Source: Planctomycetota bacterium
Lineage (GTDB): Bacteria; Planctomycetota; GCA-002687715; CAIWVZ01
Assembly (NCBI GenBank): GCA_044222185.1
Contig: JBGANV010000001.1
Span: 1,504,001-1,568,000 of the forward strand
Length of the DNA stretch: 64,000 bases
Reading direction: 5' to 3'
Shown: one piece after another, positions 37,589-47,441 of the stretch
Position numbering within the stretch: the first letter of the stretch is position 1
How the letters are laid out: the number at the start of each line of letters is the position of its first letter
Translations under genes and position numbers: made by a program
Notes under the pieces: model-generated
The model's database searches: none
Seen by the model: the letters and a program-made list of their open reading frames with translations, nothing else
What the model was told of the DNA's origin: nothing

Positions 37589-39871
37589 ATGGCTCTGATG
37601 AAGGAATTCCACGTGCGCGCGGCGCTGGCGATGGTGGTGCTGATCGTGGCGTCGGCGTCTCCAGCGTTTGCGCAGAACGAAACGCAGCCCGTCTTCGAGG
37701 GTGACTTCTACACCTTCAAGATCGCGGCAGACGGCATGCCGCTCGAAACGCTCGTGCAAGCCGCCGAGGCGGCGACGGGCCGTGCGTTCATCTACTCGGA
37801 CGCGATCCAGCTGAAGGGCAAGATCGTGAAGATGCTCGGCACGGCTCGTGTGCCGAAGAGCCAGATCTTCTCCCTGTACCAGGCGATCTTCGTCAGCCAG
37901 GGATACGCGCTCACGCCGTTGGGAGACGAGAAGATCGGCGTCCTGCAGATCGAAAGCATCGAACAGGGCCGGTTCCTCAAGCAGCGCGCGCCGTTCGTCC
38001 ACGTCGACAGCCTCGAGAAGTACAAGAACGACGTGGGCACGGTCATCATGACGTCGATCCCCCTTCGCTACATCAAGGTGGCGAACGTGCGCGGCGCCGT
38101 GTCGCAGATCCTCGGTGCGCGCAGCGCCGAATTCACTCAGGAGGTCGAGTCCGCCAACGCGTTGATCGTCGTCGCGTTCGCGCCGACGGTGTTCGCGATC
38201 AAGCAGATCGTCGACGCCATGGACGTGCCCCAGATCGAAGCGACACTCAAGTTCGAGATCATCCACCTGCAGCACGCCGTCGCCGACGAGCTCCAGCCGA
38301 TCATCAAGGACCTCATCAGCACGGACACGAGCGGAGCGCAGCGCGCCAGACCCGTGCCGTCTCCCGAGGGCGGCGGCTTCGGCGGCGCCGAGAAACCCGA
38401 GCCGAAGCTCATCTCCGATCCGCGCACGAACAACCTCGTCATCTACGCGGTCGAGAGCGACGTCAACAAGATCAAGGTGCTCGTGAACGCACTCGACACC
38501 GAGATCCGCGAGCTCGACAGCAACATCCGCGTGTACATGCTCAAGAACCAGAACGCACCGGATCTCGTCGACGTGCTGAAGGAAGTCCTCGGCCAGAGCA
38601 CGGGGCGCGGCAGCCGCCCGAGCAACATCCGCGGTGCCGGCGGCCAGGGTCCCACCTCGATCACGCCCCAAGGCCAGGAGGTGTCGATCGTCGCCGACCC
38701 CAACAACAACGCACTGTTGATCACGGCCTCGAAGACGCGCTACGCGGAGATCCTCCCGATCATCCAGGCGCTGGATCAGCGTCGGCCGCAGGTCCTCGTG
38801 CAGGCGGCCATCGCCGAGCTCTCGGACTCGGACACGCGCAACATCGGCGTCGAAATCACGGCGCTCCAAGGCGGCAACGACTCGAACAAGTTCGGCGCGG
38901 TGACGGGATTCGGCCTCTCGACGATCACGACCACGGGCACGGCTCCGAACATCAACCTCGTCCGCGTTCCGTTCCTCTCGGGCTCGGGCACGGCGCAGTC
39001 GATCGCGCTCGAAGGCGGCATCTTCGGCATCTTCAACAACGACCTGAACGTTCCGCTGCTCATCTCCATGTTGAAGCGAACGACGAAGAGCAACCTCGTC
39101 TCGGTTCCGAGCGTCCTCACGAACGACAACGAGGAGTCGCGCATCGAAGTCAGCCGTCAGGTCGCCACGTCGACGTTCCAGACGTCGCAGGCCGGAACGG
39201 ACAGCCAGAACTTCGGTGGATACCAGGAAGCGAAGATCGAACTGATCATCTCGCCCCACATCAGCAACGACAATTACCTCCGCCTCGAGGTGGAACTGAC
39301 GGTCGAAGCGTTCGTCGGGACCTCCGTCTCCCCCGTCATTCCGCCGGACAAGACGCGTCGCAAGCTCGTCGGGTCGGTCACGCTCCCGAGCGGCCGCACG
39401 GTCGTGATCGGCGGCCTCGTCCAGGACAACGACTCCGAGACGCTCAGCGCCGTTCCGTTCTTGAGCGACATCCCGCTGCTCGGCGAACTGTTCAAGAACA
39501 CGAGCACGTTGAAGGAGAAGACGACGCTGTACGTCTTCATCACGCCCACGATCCTGAATGGCTTCGACAAGCTCGAGGAGATCTCCTACGAGCGCAAGGC
39601 CGAGATCGACAAGCTCGACGGCCAGATCAAGCTCGTCGATCCGCACTTCCGCCCGATCCTCCTGGACGACCGCGAGGTGAAGATCAACGACATCGAGAAC
39701 TCGGGCTCGCTGGACCTGCCGCGCTACGCCCCGGTCGTTCCCCAGGGCACACCGGGCACGGAGGCGATCCCGGACGCGATTCCGGTCCGGCCGAAGCCGT
39801 TCCCGACGACGGGTTACGGCGACCAGCCGGTCGGCGCTCCGGCATCGCCGCCGAAGCCGAACGGGCCCTGA
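37589..39871 (+). CDS. gspD: Type II secretion secretin GspD, paralog 1
   Basis: Signal peptide, N-domains (DPRTNNL, ADPNNNALL), QVLVQAAIAE, VPFLSDIPLLGELFK, LYVFITPTI. Confidence 0.9.
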   Translation: MALMKEFHVRAALAMVVLIVASASPAFAQNETQPVFEGDFYTFKIAADGMPLETLVQAAEAATGRAFIYSDAIQLKGKIVKMLGTARVPKSQIFSLYQAIFVSQGYALTPLGDEKIGVLQIESIEQGRFLKQRAPFVHVDSLEKYKNDVGTVIMTSIPLRYIKVANVRGAVSQILGARSAEFTQEVESANALIVVAFAPTVFAIKQIVDAMDVPQIEATLKFEIIHLQHAVADELQPIIKDLISTDTSGAQRARPVPSPEGGGFGGAEKPEPKLISDPRTNNLVIYAVESDVNKIKVLVNALDTEIRELDSNIRVYMLKNQNAPDLVDVLKEVLGQSTGRGSRPSNIRGAGGQGPTSITPQGQEVSIVADPNNNALLITASKTRYAEILPIIQALDQRRPQVLVQAAIAELSDSDTRNIGVEITALQGGNDSNKFGAVTGFGLSTITTTGTAPNINLVRVPFLSGSGTAQSIALEGGIFGIFNNDLNVPLLISMLKRTTKSNLVSVPSVLTNDNEESRIEVSRQVATSTFQTSQAGTDSQNFGGYQEAKIELIISPHISNDNYLRLEVELTVEAFVGTSVSPVIPPDKTRRKLVGSVTLPSGRTVVIGGLVQDNDSETLSAVPFLSDIPLLGELFKNTSTLKEKTTLYVFITPTILNGFDKLEEISYERKAEIDKLDGQIKLVDPHFRPILLDDREVKINDIENSGSLDLPRYAPVVPQGTPGTEAIPDAIPVRPKPFPTTGYGDQPVGAPASPPKPNGP

Positions 39872-39933
39872 CAACCGCCGCCCCGCCGCACACGCCGCGG
39901 GGCGACGCCATTTCGTAGGCAGCGATCAACCAG

Positions 39934-42375
39934 GTGAGCGCACGGAATCCATCCCAACAGGCGCCAGGCACCAGCCCGGCGTCGCCTGAACCACGACGCT
40001 CGCGCATCCGCGCGCTCGCGGCCCTGGCGATCATCGCCATGTTCGCGACTGCACAGGAGACGGCGCCCGCCGACGGTACGTTCACGCTCACGATTCCCGA
40101 GGAAGGGCTCGCGCTCGACGTGCTGCTGGCGCGGGCCGGGGCAGTCACGGGCCGGACGTTCCTGTTCGCAGATCAGTCTCAGACCAAGGGCAAGGTCGTT
40201 CGAATGCTGGGCACGGTCCGCGTGCCCCAGAACGAGGCGTTCGACCTCTACCAGTCCATCCTCGTGACGCAGGGCTTTGCGTTGAGCCCCCTCGGCCAGG
40301 ACTCGCGCCGCGTGTACCTCGTCGAAAACATCGAGCAGGCGAAGTTCCTGAAACAACGCGCGCCGTTCGTCCACGAGAACAACCTGGTGAACTTCCGCAA
40401 CCAGGTCGGCACCGTGATCATGACCACGCTCTCCATGCGGTGGATCAAGGTCGCGAACGTCCGTGGCGCCGTGACGCAGATCATGGGAGCCCGCTCGGCG
40501 GAGTTCGCGCAGGAGGTCGAGTCGGCGAACTCGCTGATCGTCGTCGGCTTCGCGCCGACGATCTTCGCCGTCGCCCAGATCGTCCACGCCATGGACGTCC
40601 CCGACGCCGATGCGATCCAAGGCGTCGACCTGGTTCCACTCCAATTCGCCGTAGCCGAGGAGTTGGAACCGATCCTGAAGGATCTCATCACGGGCGAAAG
40701 CAGCTCCGGTGGGGCATCAGGCGCGAGCGGCGCTCCGTCGCTCCTCAACAGGTCCCGCGGCCTGCCGGGGCAGCCCCCGGGGCAGGTGAACGCACGTCCT
40801 GCGCCCAAGATCATCGCCGAACCCCGGACGAATTCGATCGTGCTTTACGCGACGCCGCCCGACATCGCCGAGATCAAACGGCTCATCGCCCAGTTCGACG
40901 TGGAGGTCAAGGACCCCGTCAGCAACATCCACATCTACCGGCTGAAGAACTCGGATGCGGCCCGCACGGCAGACGTCCTACGCGAGCTCCTCGGACAGAG
41001 CGGTTCCGGCTCGCGTGGTGGCCGGTCCCTCGGGACGCAGGCCCGCGGCGGATCGCGAGGCAGTGCGGGTGGCGCATCCGGCGCAGGCGAGCAGCTCCAG
41101 GACGCGCGCGTCGTGGCCGAGCGCCACAACAATGCCCTGCTCGTCGTCGCCTCTCCCCTGCAGTGGGAACGTCTCGAGGCGCTCATCAAGCAACTCGATC
41201 AACGACGTCCGCAGGTCCTGATCCAGACGGCAATCGCGGACCTGAGCTCGAACGATCTGCGCAACATGGGGGTGGAGATCGAGGCGCTCCAGGGCGGCGA
41301 CGGGCTGAGGTTCGGCGCCCTCACCGGATTCGGACTCTCCGCGACGACGATCTCGAACTCGGTGCTGGGCGGCGGGAATCCGGCGACGGGCCCCGGGAGC
41401 GGAACCGGAACGGGAGGCGGCGCGGGCTCGGGCGGCGGCACTGGCTCCGGTGGCGGAAGCGGTGGCGGTGGAACGTCGACGGGCCGACCGGGCCTGGTGC
41501 GAGTCCCGTTTGCCGCTGGCAACTCGATCAACCTCAACGGCGGCATCTTCGGGATCTTCAACGACAACCTGAACGTGCCGTTGCTGATCTCGCTGCTGAA
41601 GCAGACCAGCTCCGGCAACCTCATCTCCACGCCGGCCGTCCTGACGAACGACAACGAAGAGTCGCGCATCGAGAGCTCGCGATTCGTGGGAACCACGAGC
41701 CAGCAGACGACGCGGGGTGGCACCGACAACCAGAGCTTCGACGGATACCAGGAGGCGAAGATCGAGCTGATCGTTTCGCCGCACGTCAGCAACGACAGCT
41801 ACGTGCGACTCGAGATCGAGGTGACCGTCGAGGCGTTCGTCACGTCCGCCGAATCCCGGCCGTCGACCGTGCCGCCCAACAAGACGCGACGCCACCTCGT
41901 CGGCTCGGTCACGTGTCCGAACGGTCGAACCGTCCTCATCGGCGGGCTCACGAAACTCGACGACGCGGAGCAGCAGCAGGCCGTTCCGTTCCTCGACCAG
42001 ATCCCCATACTCGGCGAGCTCTTCAAGAACACGTCACACAGCATGGATCGCCAGACGTTGCACGTGTTCCTCACCCCGACGATCGTCGACGACTTCTCGA
42101 AGATCGAAGAGGTGTCGACGGAGAAGAAGCTCGAGATGCTGAAGCTCCAGGGCCAGCTTCGTCTCGTCGATCCCGAGTTCAGGCCGATCCTCCTGAACGA
42201 CCCGGATCTGCCGATCGCGACCATCGAGGCCACGTCGGGGCTGGACGTACCGAGGTACGCGAGCCTCGGAGGCCCCGCACCCGCACCACCGGCACCACAG
42301 GACCCCAAGCCAACGGGACCGGAGTCGGAGGCGACGAAGCCGCCTTCCCCGAAACCGGGCGAGCGAAGAGAATGA
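39934..42375 (+). CDS. gspD: Type II secretion secretin GspD, paralog 2 (Gly-rich inserts)
   Basis: Collinear with paralog 1; QVLIQTAIAD, VPFLDQIPILGELFK, HVFLTPTIV. Confidence 0.9.
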   Translation: MSARNPSQQAPGTSPASPEPRRSRIRALAALAIIAMFATAQETAPADGTFTLTIPEEGLALDVLLARAGAVTGRTFLFADQSQTKGKVVRMLGTVRVPQNEAFDLYQSILVTQGFALSPLGQDSRRVYLVENIEQAKFLKQRAPFVHENNLVNFRNQVGTVIMTTLSMRWIKVANVRGAVTQIMGARSAEFAQEVESANSLIVVGFAPTIFAVAQIVHAMDVPDADAIQGVDLVPLQFAVAEELEPILKDLITGESSSGGASGASGAPSLLNRSRGLPGQPPGQVNARPAPKIIAEPRTNSIVLYATPPDIAEIKRLIAQFDVEVKDPVSNIHIYRLKNSDAARTADVLRELLGQSGSGSRGGRSLGTQARGGSRGSAGGASGAGEQLQDARVVAERHNNALLVVASPLQWERLEALIKQLDQRRPQVLIQTAIADLSSNDLRNMGVEIEALQGGDGLRFGALTGFGLSATTISNSVLGGGNPATGPGSGTGTGGGAGSGGGTGSGGGSGGGGTSTGRPGLVRVPFAAGNSINLNGGIFGIFNDNLNVPLLISLLKQTSSGNLISTPAVLTNDNEESRIESSRFVGTTSQQTTRGGTDNQSFDGYQEAKIELIVSPHVSNDSYVRLEIEVTVEAFVTSAESRPSTVPPNKTRRHLVGSVTCPNGRTVLIGGLTKLDDAEQQQAVPFLDQIPILGELFKNTSHSMDRQTLHVFLTPTIVDDFSKIEEVSTEKKLEMLKLQGQLRLVDPEFRPILLNDPDLPIATIEATSGLDVPRYASLGGPAPAPPAPQDPKPTGPESEATKPPSPKPGERRE
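41368..41484 (+). repeat. Low-complexity Gly/Ser/Thr coding repeat within gspD2
   Basis: GGGNPATGPGSGTGTGGGAGSGGGTGSGGGSGGGGTSTG. Confidence 0.7.
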
Positions 42376-42430
42376 CCGGCTGCACCGGTGCCGACCACCG
42401 TGAGCCGCGATCGAACACAAAGGAACGACC

Positions 42431-44134
42431 GTGAAGGACAAACTGATCGACAAGCTTGGCGAGAAGCTCCCCCACGACAAACTGGCCGATTGCCTTCGAA
42501 TCGAGGCCGAGTCCGGCCAGACCCTCGACAAGATCATCCTGCGCAAGGGACTCCTCGTCGAAGAGGATCTTCTTGCGCTCTTCGCCGACGCCTTCGGCTA
42601 CCAGTTCAAGGCGACCATCGACGGGGTGAAGGTGCCTGAAGCGTTCACCACCCGCGTCCCGATGCAATTCGCCCGCAACTACACCCTTCTCGGGATCGAC
42701 GAGAAGGACGGCGTGATGCACGTGGCGACGTGCAGTCCATTCGAGGTTTATCCCATGGATGAAGCGGCCTCCATGCTCCACATGGAGGTCGAGCCCGTCT
42801 TCGTCCCCCGCATGGCCATCACCGCCATGCTCAACAAGGCCTACCGTCACTCCGCCGACGTCGTCGACGAGGCCATCGAGACGATCCAGGAGGACACGCT
42901 CGACGACCTCTCGTCACTCGTCAGCGAATCGGAAGACCTGCTCGACGTCGCCAACAAGGCGCCGATCATCAAGCTGGTCAACATGGTGCTGTTCCAGGCG
43001 CTGAAGATGCGAGCGTCCGACATTCACCTCCAGCCCTTCGAGGATCGGCTCCAGATCCGGTACCGCATCGACGGCGTTCTCTACGACATGGAGGCCGTCC
43101 CGAAGAAGGTCCAGGACGCCGTGATCTCTCGCGTGAAGGTCATGGGCAAGATGGACATCGCCGAGCGCCGCGTCCCGCAGGACGGTCGCGCCACGATCAA
43201 GATCGGCGACTCGGAGGTCGACGTGCGCATCTCGTCGGTTCCGACGAACAACGGCGAGCGCATCGTCATGCGGCTCCTCGACAAGACGACGAACGTCTAC
43301 CACCTGAACGAGATCGGGCTCAGTGCCGAGCACCTGGAGACCGTCCGTCGGTTCTCGAACATGGCGCACGGGATCGTGTTCGTCACTGGCCCGACGGGCT
43401 CGGGCAAGACGACGACTCTGTACGGCATGCTCGCCGAGATCAACTCGGCCGAGGTCAACATCATCACGATCGAGGATCCGATCGAGTACCACCTGGCCGG
43501 CATCAGCCAGATCCAGGTGTCGAACAAGAAGGGCCTCACGTTCGCGGCCGGCTTGCGATCGCTCCTGCGTCAGGACCCGGACATCATGATGGTCGGCGAG
43601 GTCCGCGACGAGGAAACGGCCCGCATCGCCATCCAGGCTGCACTCACGGGTCACCTCGTATTGTCCACGCTTCACACGAACGACTCGGCAGGCGCCGTTA
43701 CCCGCATGCTCGACATCGGGATCGAGCCGTACCTCGTCGCCTCGTCGTTGATCGGCGTGATCGCACAGCGGCTCGTGCGACTCATCTGCCCGGAATGCCG
43801 CGAAGAATTCGAACCGGCTGGCGAGGAGCTGGCCGAGATGAAGGAAGTCAAGCTCAGCCGCTCGGACTTCCCCAACGGGCGGCTCTTCCGCGGTCGCGGC
43901 TGCGACAACTGCTTCAACACGGGGTACACCGGCCGAACGGCCATCTACGAAGTGCTGAAGATCAACGACACCATCCGCCAACTGGTCGTCGACCGCGCCA
44001 GCGCCACGGCCATCAAGCAGGCTGCGTTGAAGAACGGATTGATCACGTTGCGCGGCGACGGAATCGCCAAGGTCAAGGCCGGACAGACGACGCTGGGCGA
44101 AATCCTCCGCGTGACGCAGCTGGATATCGAGTAA
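42431..44134 (+). CDS. gspE: Type II secretion ATPase GspE
   Basis: RASDIH, DIAERRVPQDG, Walker A GPTGSGKTT, LRQDPD, HTND, CPEC/CDNC. Confidence 0.95.
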   Translation: MKDKLIDKLGEKLPHDKLADCLRIEAESGQTLDKIILRKGLLVEEDLLALFADAFGYQFKATIDGVKVPEAFTTRVPMQFARNYTLLGIDEKDGVMHVATCSPFEVYPMDEAASMLHMEVEPVFVPRMAITAMLNKAYRHSADVVDEAIETIQEDTLDDLSSLVSESEDLLDVANKAPIIKLVNMVLFQALKMRASDIHLQPFEDRLQIRYRIDGVLYDMEAVPKKVQDAVISRVKVMGKMDIAERRVPQDGRATIKIGDSEVDVRISSVPTNNGERIVMRLLDKTTNVYHLNEIGLSAEHLETVRRFSNMAHGIVFVTGPTGSGKTTTLYGMLAEINSAEVNIITIEDPIEYHLAGISQIQVSNKKGLTFAAGLRSLLRQDPDIMMVGEVRDEETARIAIQAALTGHLVLSTLHTNDSAGAVTRMLDIGIEPYLVASSLIGVIAQRLVRLICPECREEFEPAGEELAEMKEVKLSRSDFPNGRLFRGRGCDNCFNTGYTGRTAIYEVLKINDTIRQLVVDRASATAIKQAALKNGLITLRGDGIAKVKAGQTTLGEILRVTQLDIE

Positions 44135-44141
44135 TTCACCG

Positions 44142-45371
44142 ATGCCGATCTTCGAATACAAGGCCTTCGATCGCGGCGGTGCCCAGAAGAGCGGCATCGT
44201 CGACGCCGACTCGCCACGCGACGCGCGAGTCAAGCTTCGTGGCGACGGCATCCACGTCGTCGAGATCTGGCCGCTCGCCGACAAGAAGGATGCCAAGGCG
44301 ACGGCGAAGGGCGGCCGCAAGCTGTTCATGCGCCGCGTCGACCCCAACGAGCTCTGCATCGTCACGCGCCAGCTCGGAACGCTGCTGCGCGCCGGCATCA
44401 CGATCGTCGACGCGCTGAAGGCGCTCATCGATCAGGTCGACAACAAGGACTTCGAGAAGGTCTTTCGCGACATCCGCGAGAAGGTGACACAGGGCGACAC
44501 CTTCGCTGACGCGCTGAAGCACCACCCCGGGTACTTCACGGATCTGTACGTGAACATGGTTCGCGCGGGTGAGGCGTCGGGACATCTGGACGAGATCCTC
44601 GCGCGCCTCGCGGCCTACCTCACGCGTCAGAACCGCCTTCGCAACCGCATCGTCTCCGCTCTCGTCTATCCGGTCATCATGATCGTCGTCGGCATCGGCG
44701 TCGTCATCCTCCTGATGACGGTCGTCGTCCCGAACCTGACGTCGCTGTTCAAGAAGGTGGGCAAGCAGCTGCCGGCCATCACCGAGGCGCTGATCGTCAT
44801 CTCGGGCTTCTTCCAGAAGTACTGGTGGACGATCGTCCTCGGGATGTTCCTCGTGTGGCTCCTGCGCAAGGTCACGCTCGCGACCGAGGACGGCCGCCTC
44901 CGGTACGACCGGCTGATGATGCGCATGCCTGCGGTCGGCGACCTCATCCGCAAGAACGCGATCAACCGATTCGCCACGACGACGGCCATCCTCATCAAGT
45001 CCGGCATCCCGGTTCTCGAGGCCTTCCGGATCGTCCAGAACGTGGTCCAGAACGCCGTGATCGCCAAGGTCATCGGCGAGTGTCACGACGCCATCGTGGA
45101 AGGCTCGGACATCGCCACCCCACTCCTGGCGTCCAAGGCCTTCCCCTCCATGGTCGGGTACATGATCGCGACCGGCGAGCAGTCCGGGCAGCTGGAGGAC
45201 ATCCTGGAGAAGATCTCGGAGGCCTACGACGAGGAAGTCGAGGTGGCCACGCAGCGCATGACGGCGGTCCTCGAACCCGTTATCATCATTGCCCTTGCGG
45301 CGGTCGTACTCTTCGTCGTGCTCGCCATCGTGACACCGCTCCTGCAGATGGGTACGCTCACCCGCAAGTAG
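44142..45371 (+). CDS. gspF: Type II secretion inner-membrane protein GspF
   Basis: TRQLGTLLRAG, AGEASGHL, ALVYP, GEQSGQL, LEPVII. Confidence 0.95.
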   Translation: MPIFEYKAFDRGGAQKSGIVDADSPRDARVKLRGDGIHVVEIWPLADKKDAKATAKGGRKLFMRRVDPNELCIVTRQLGTLLRAGITIVDALKALIDQVDNKDFEKVFRDIREKVTQGDTFADALKHHPGYFTDLYVNMVRAGEASGHLDEILARLAAYLTRQNRLRNRIVSALVYPVIMIVVGIGVVILLMTVVVPNLTSLFKKVGKQLPAITEALIVISGFFQKYWWTIVLGMFLVWLLRKVTLATEDGRLRYDRLMMRMPAVGDLIRKNAINRFATTTAILIKSGIPVLEAFRIVQNVVQNAVIAKVIGECHDAIVEGSDIATPLLASKAFPSMVGYMIATGEQSGQLEDILEKISEAYDEEVEVATQRMTAVLEPVIIIALAAVVLFVVLAIVTPLLQMGTLTRK

Positions 45372-45485
45372 GCCGGCGCACCGTCAGGAAGCTTTCGGTC
45401 ACGGCGATCGTCTCACATCCGTCCACAATGCAATGGCGCCCGTCCAGCGCGGCGGGCGCGGCAGTCGAACATTCGGAAACCAGCC

Positions 45486-45947
45486 ATGTTTGAAGACACG
45501 CCTCGCAAGACTCGTTTGCACCGCCCGGATGGCGGCTTCTCCCTGCTCGAGATCCTCATCGCCGTCACGATCCTCGTGCTCATGGGCGGCGTCGTGGCCG
45601 TCAACCTGTTCCCCAACATCTTCAAGGCCCAGCGGGACAGGGCCCAGGTCGACGTCGACGTGATCAAGGAAGCGATCGGCACGTGGCGGCTCGGCCACAA
45701 CGGCAAGCTGCCCGATGCCGGCGAATTCCCACAGTGCCTCACCGAGAAGGGCGAGGACGGCCGCGAGCCGTACCTCGACTCGGACAAGCTCGTCGAGGGC
45801 CGACTCCTCGATCCGTGGGGCCACGAGTACGTCTACACCAAGCACTCGTCGAGTTCGTTCGAGGTCATCTCGTACGGGGCCGACGGCGCGCCGGGCGGTG
45901 AGGGCGACAACGCCGACATCTCCTCGAAGCGCAACAAGGACAACTGA
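45486..45947 (+). CDS. gspG: Major pseudopilin GspG
   Basis: G/FSLLE prepilin site; DPWGHEY, SYGADGAPGGEGDNADI. Confidence 0.92.
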   Translation: MFEDTPRKTRLHRPDGGFSLLEILIAVTILVLMGGVVAVNLFPNIFKAQRDRAQVDVDVIKEAIGTWRLGHNGKLPDAGEFPQCLTEKGEDGREPYLDSDKLVEGRLLDPWGHEYVYTKHSSSSFEVISYGADGAPGGEGDNADISSKRNKDN

Positions 45948-45955
45948 GCGGCGCC

Positions 45956-46708
45956 ATGAGCCGCCCCCTCGCTGCCGGACCGCTGTCACGACGCACCTGC
46001 GCCGAGGGCTTCAGCCTCGTCGAGATCCTGATCGCCCTCGCCATCCTCGTGATGGCGAGCGGCCTCATCATCGTCGATCACACGGGGACGGCGAACCGCG
46101 AGCGCCTGAAGGCGGCGAGTCGGCGCATCGCGGGGTTCTGCGAGCGCGCGCGCTCCGAGGCGATCTCACGGCAGGTTGCGTGCCTGCTCGAACTCGACTT
46201 CACGAAGAGCGAGTTCCGCTTCGTTCCGGACCCGATCCGTGACGACTTCGGGTTCTTCGTCAACCCGGACACGGAGCAGCTCATGTCGGCCGAGGAGCTC
46301 GCCGACTGGGATGCGTCTTTCGAGTGGGAGCCTCTCCCCCGCGAGGTCTTCTTCGTCGACATCCAAGTCTCCGCCAAGATGATGTTCGACGGCCGCCACC
46401 AGCAGCCGATCCGCATTCGTTTCCCGACCGACGGCTCCGTCGACCCGTTCGTGGTTCATCTGAAGAACACTCAGAACGACGTGGCCAGCGTCGTGATGAA
46501 CGGACTGACGGGCGTCGCCGAGGCCGTCCCCGAGATCGTCGCGTTCCTCGAGGCGGACGCCACCGATTTCACGTCCGTGATGGGCAACGCGGCTCCGACC
46601 GGAAGCGGCGGCGGATCCGACGGTGGAAACAAGAGCTCCAAGAGCGGTGGCTCCAACGCCAAGAAGTCCTCATCCTCCGACAAGTCGAGCAACTCGAAGT
46701 CGCGATAG
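45956..46708 (+). CDS. Minor pseudopilin, GspH-like
   Basis: G/FSLVEILI; ARSEAI helix; Ser/Lys-rich tail. Confidence 0.8.
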   Translation: MSRPLAAGPLSRRTCAEGFSLVEILIALAILVMASGLIIVDHTGTANRERLKAASRRIAGFCERARSEAISRQVACLLELDFTKSEFRFVPDPIRDDFGFFVNPDTEQLMSAEELADWDASFEWEPLPREVFFVDIQVSAKMMFDGRHQQPIRIRFPTDGSVDPFVVHLKNTQNDVASVVMNGLTGVAEAVPEIVAFLEADATDFTSVMGNAAPTGSGGGSDGGNKSSKSGGSNAKKSSSSDKSSNSKSR

Positions 46709-46718
46709 CGAGCCCAAC

Positions 46719-47441
46719 ATGAAGCGCGCGAAGCGAACGGACCTGGGTTTCACGTTGATCGAAGTGATGGTGACGCTCGTCATCGTCGCGGCGGGCATGT
46801 CCAGTCTCCTCGCGACGCTCGGAGGGGCCGTCAACGACGCGCTCGAGACCAAGGTCAACCGTCAGCTGAAGCAGCTCGTCCAGTTTCAGATCGGGCAGGT
46901 CTCGATCGGGCAGCTCCACCCGGACGAGGAAGATCCGTTCCCGGACGGCCAGACGGGCGACTTCAGCGACGTCGGCGGCTACCCGGAGGAATACGCGCCA
47001 TTCAGCTGGCAGATCTACCGCGAAGAGGTGGCGATCTGCGGCACGGATGACGAGGAAATGGAGAAGGCTGGCTTCAAGCAGGACGGAAGCGGCGCGTTCA
47101 TCCGGCCCCAGACCGACGATTTCCTGAGCGGGCGGAAGTCCGGCGGCGGATCGGGCGGCCCGCTTGGGTCCGGGTCCGACGAGGAGGAAGAGCCCAAGGG
47201 ACAGTTCAAGGTCCGGTTGACGCTCGTGGTCCGGTGGCACGCCGAGAGCCAGGACGAGGACAAGGAATTCTCGATCACGACCTTCCTGCCCGCGAAGGAC
47301 GAAGAGCAACAGGACATGAGCGACGGCGCTGGCGGACCGGGTGGCCCCGGGGCTCCAGGCGGACCGGGCGCGGGCGGCACCCCGCTCGGCGGTCAGCAGG
47401 GCGCGATGGACCGCTCGGGCGGTTCGAAGGACAAGCGATGA
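46719..47441 (+). CDS. Minor pseudopilin, GspI-like
   Basis: G/FTLIEVMV; Gly/Pro-rich tail. Confidence 0.8.
   Translation: MKRAKRTDLGFTLIEVMVTLVIVAAGMSSLLATLGGAVNDALETKVNRQLKQLVQFQIGQVSIGQLHPDEEDPFPDGQTGDFSDVGGYPEEYAPFSWQIYREEVAICGTDDEEMEKAGFKQDGSGAFIRPQTDDFLSGRKSGGGSGGPLGSGSDEEEEPKGQFKVRLTLVVRWHAESQDEDKEFSITTFLPAKDEEQQDMSDGAGGPGGPGAPGGPGAGGTPLGGQQGAMDRSGGSKDKR

Noticed and set aside
37568-39874. Long antisense ORF opposite gspD1 (and similar ones opposite cbs, gspE, serS, sucC)
   Set aside because: Shadow ORFs typical of high-GC codon usage; no motifs
41368-41484. Repetitive GGC-rich DNA as CRISPR or tandem repeat
   Set aside because: In-frame Gly-rich coding sequence without repeat-spacer periodicity
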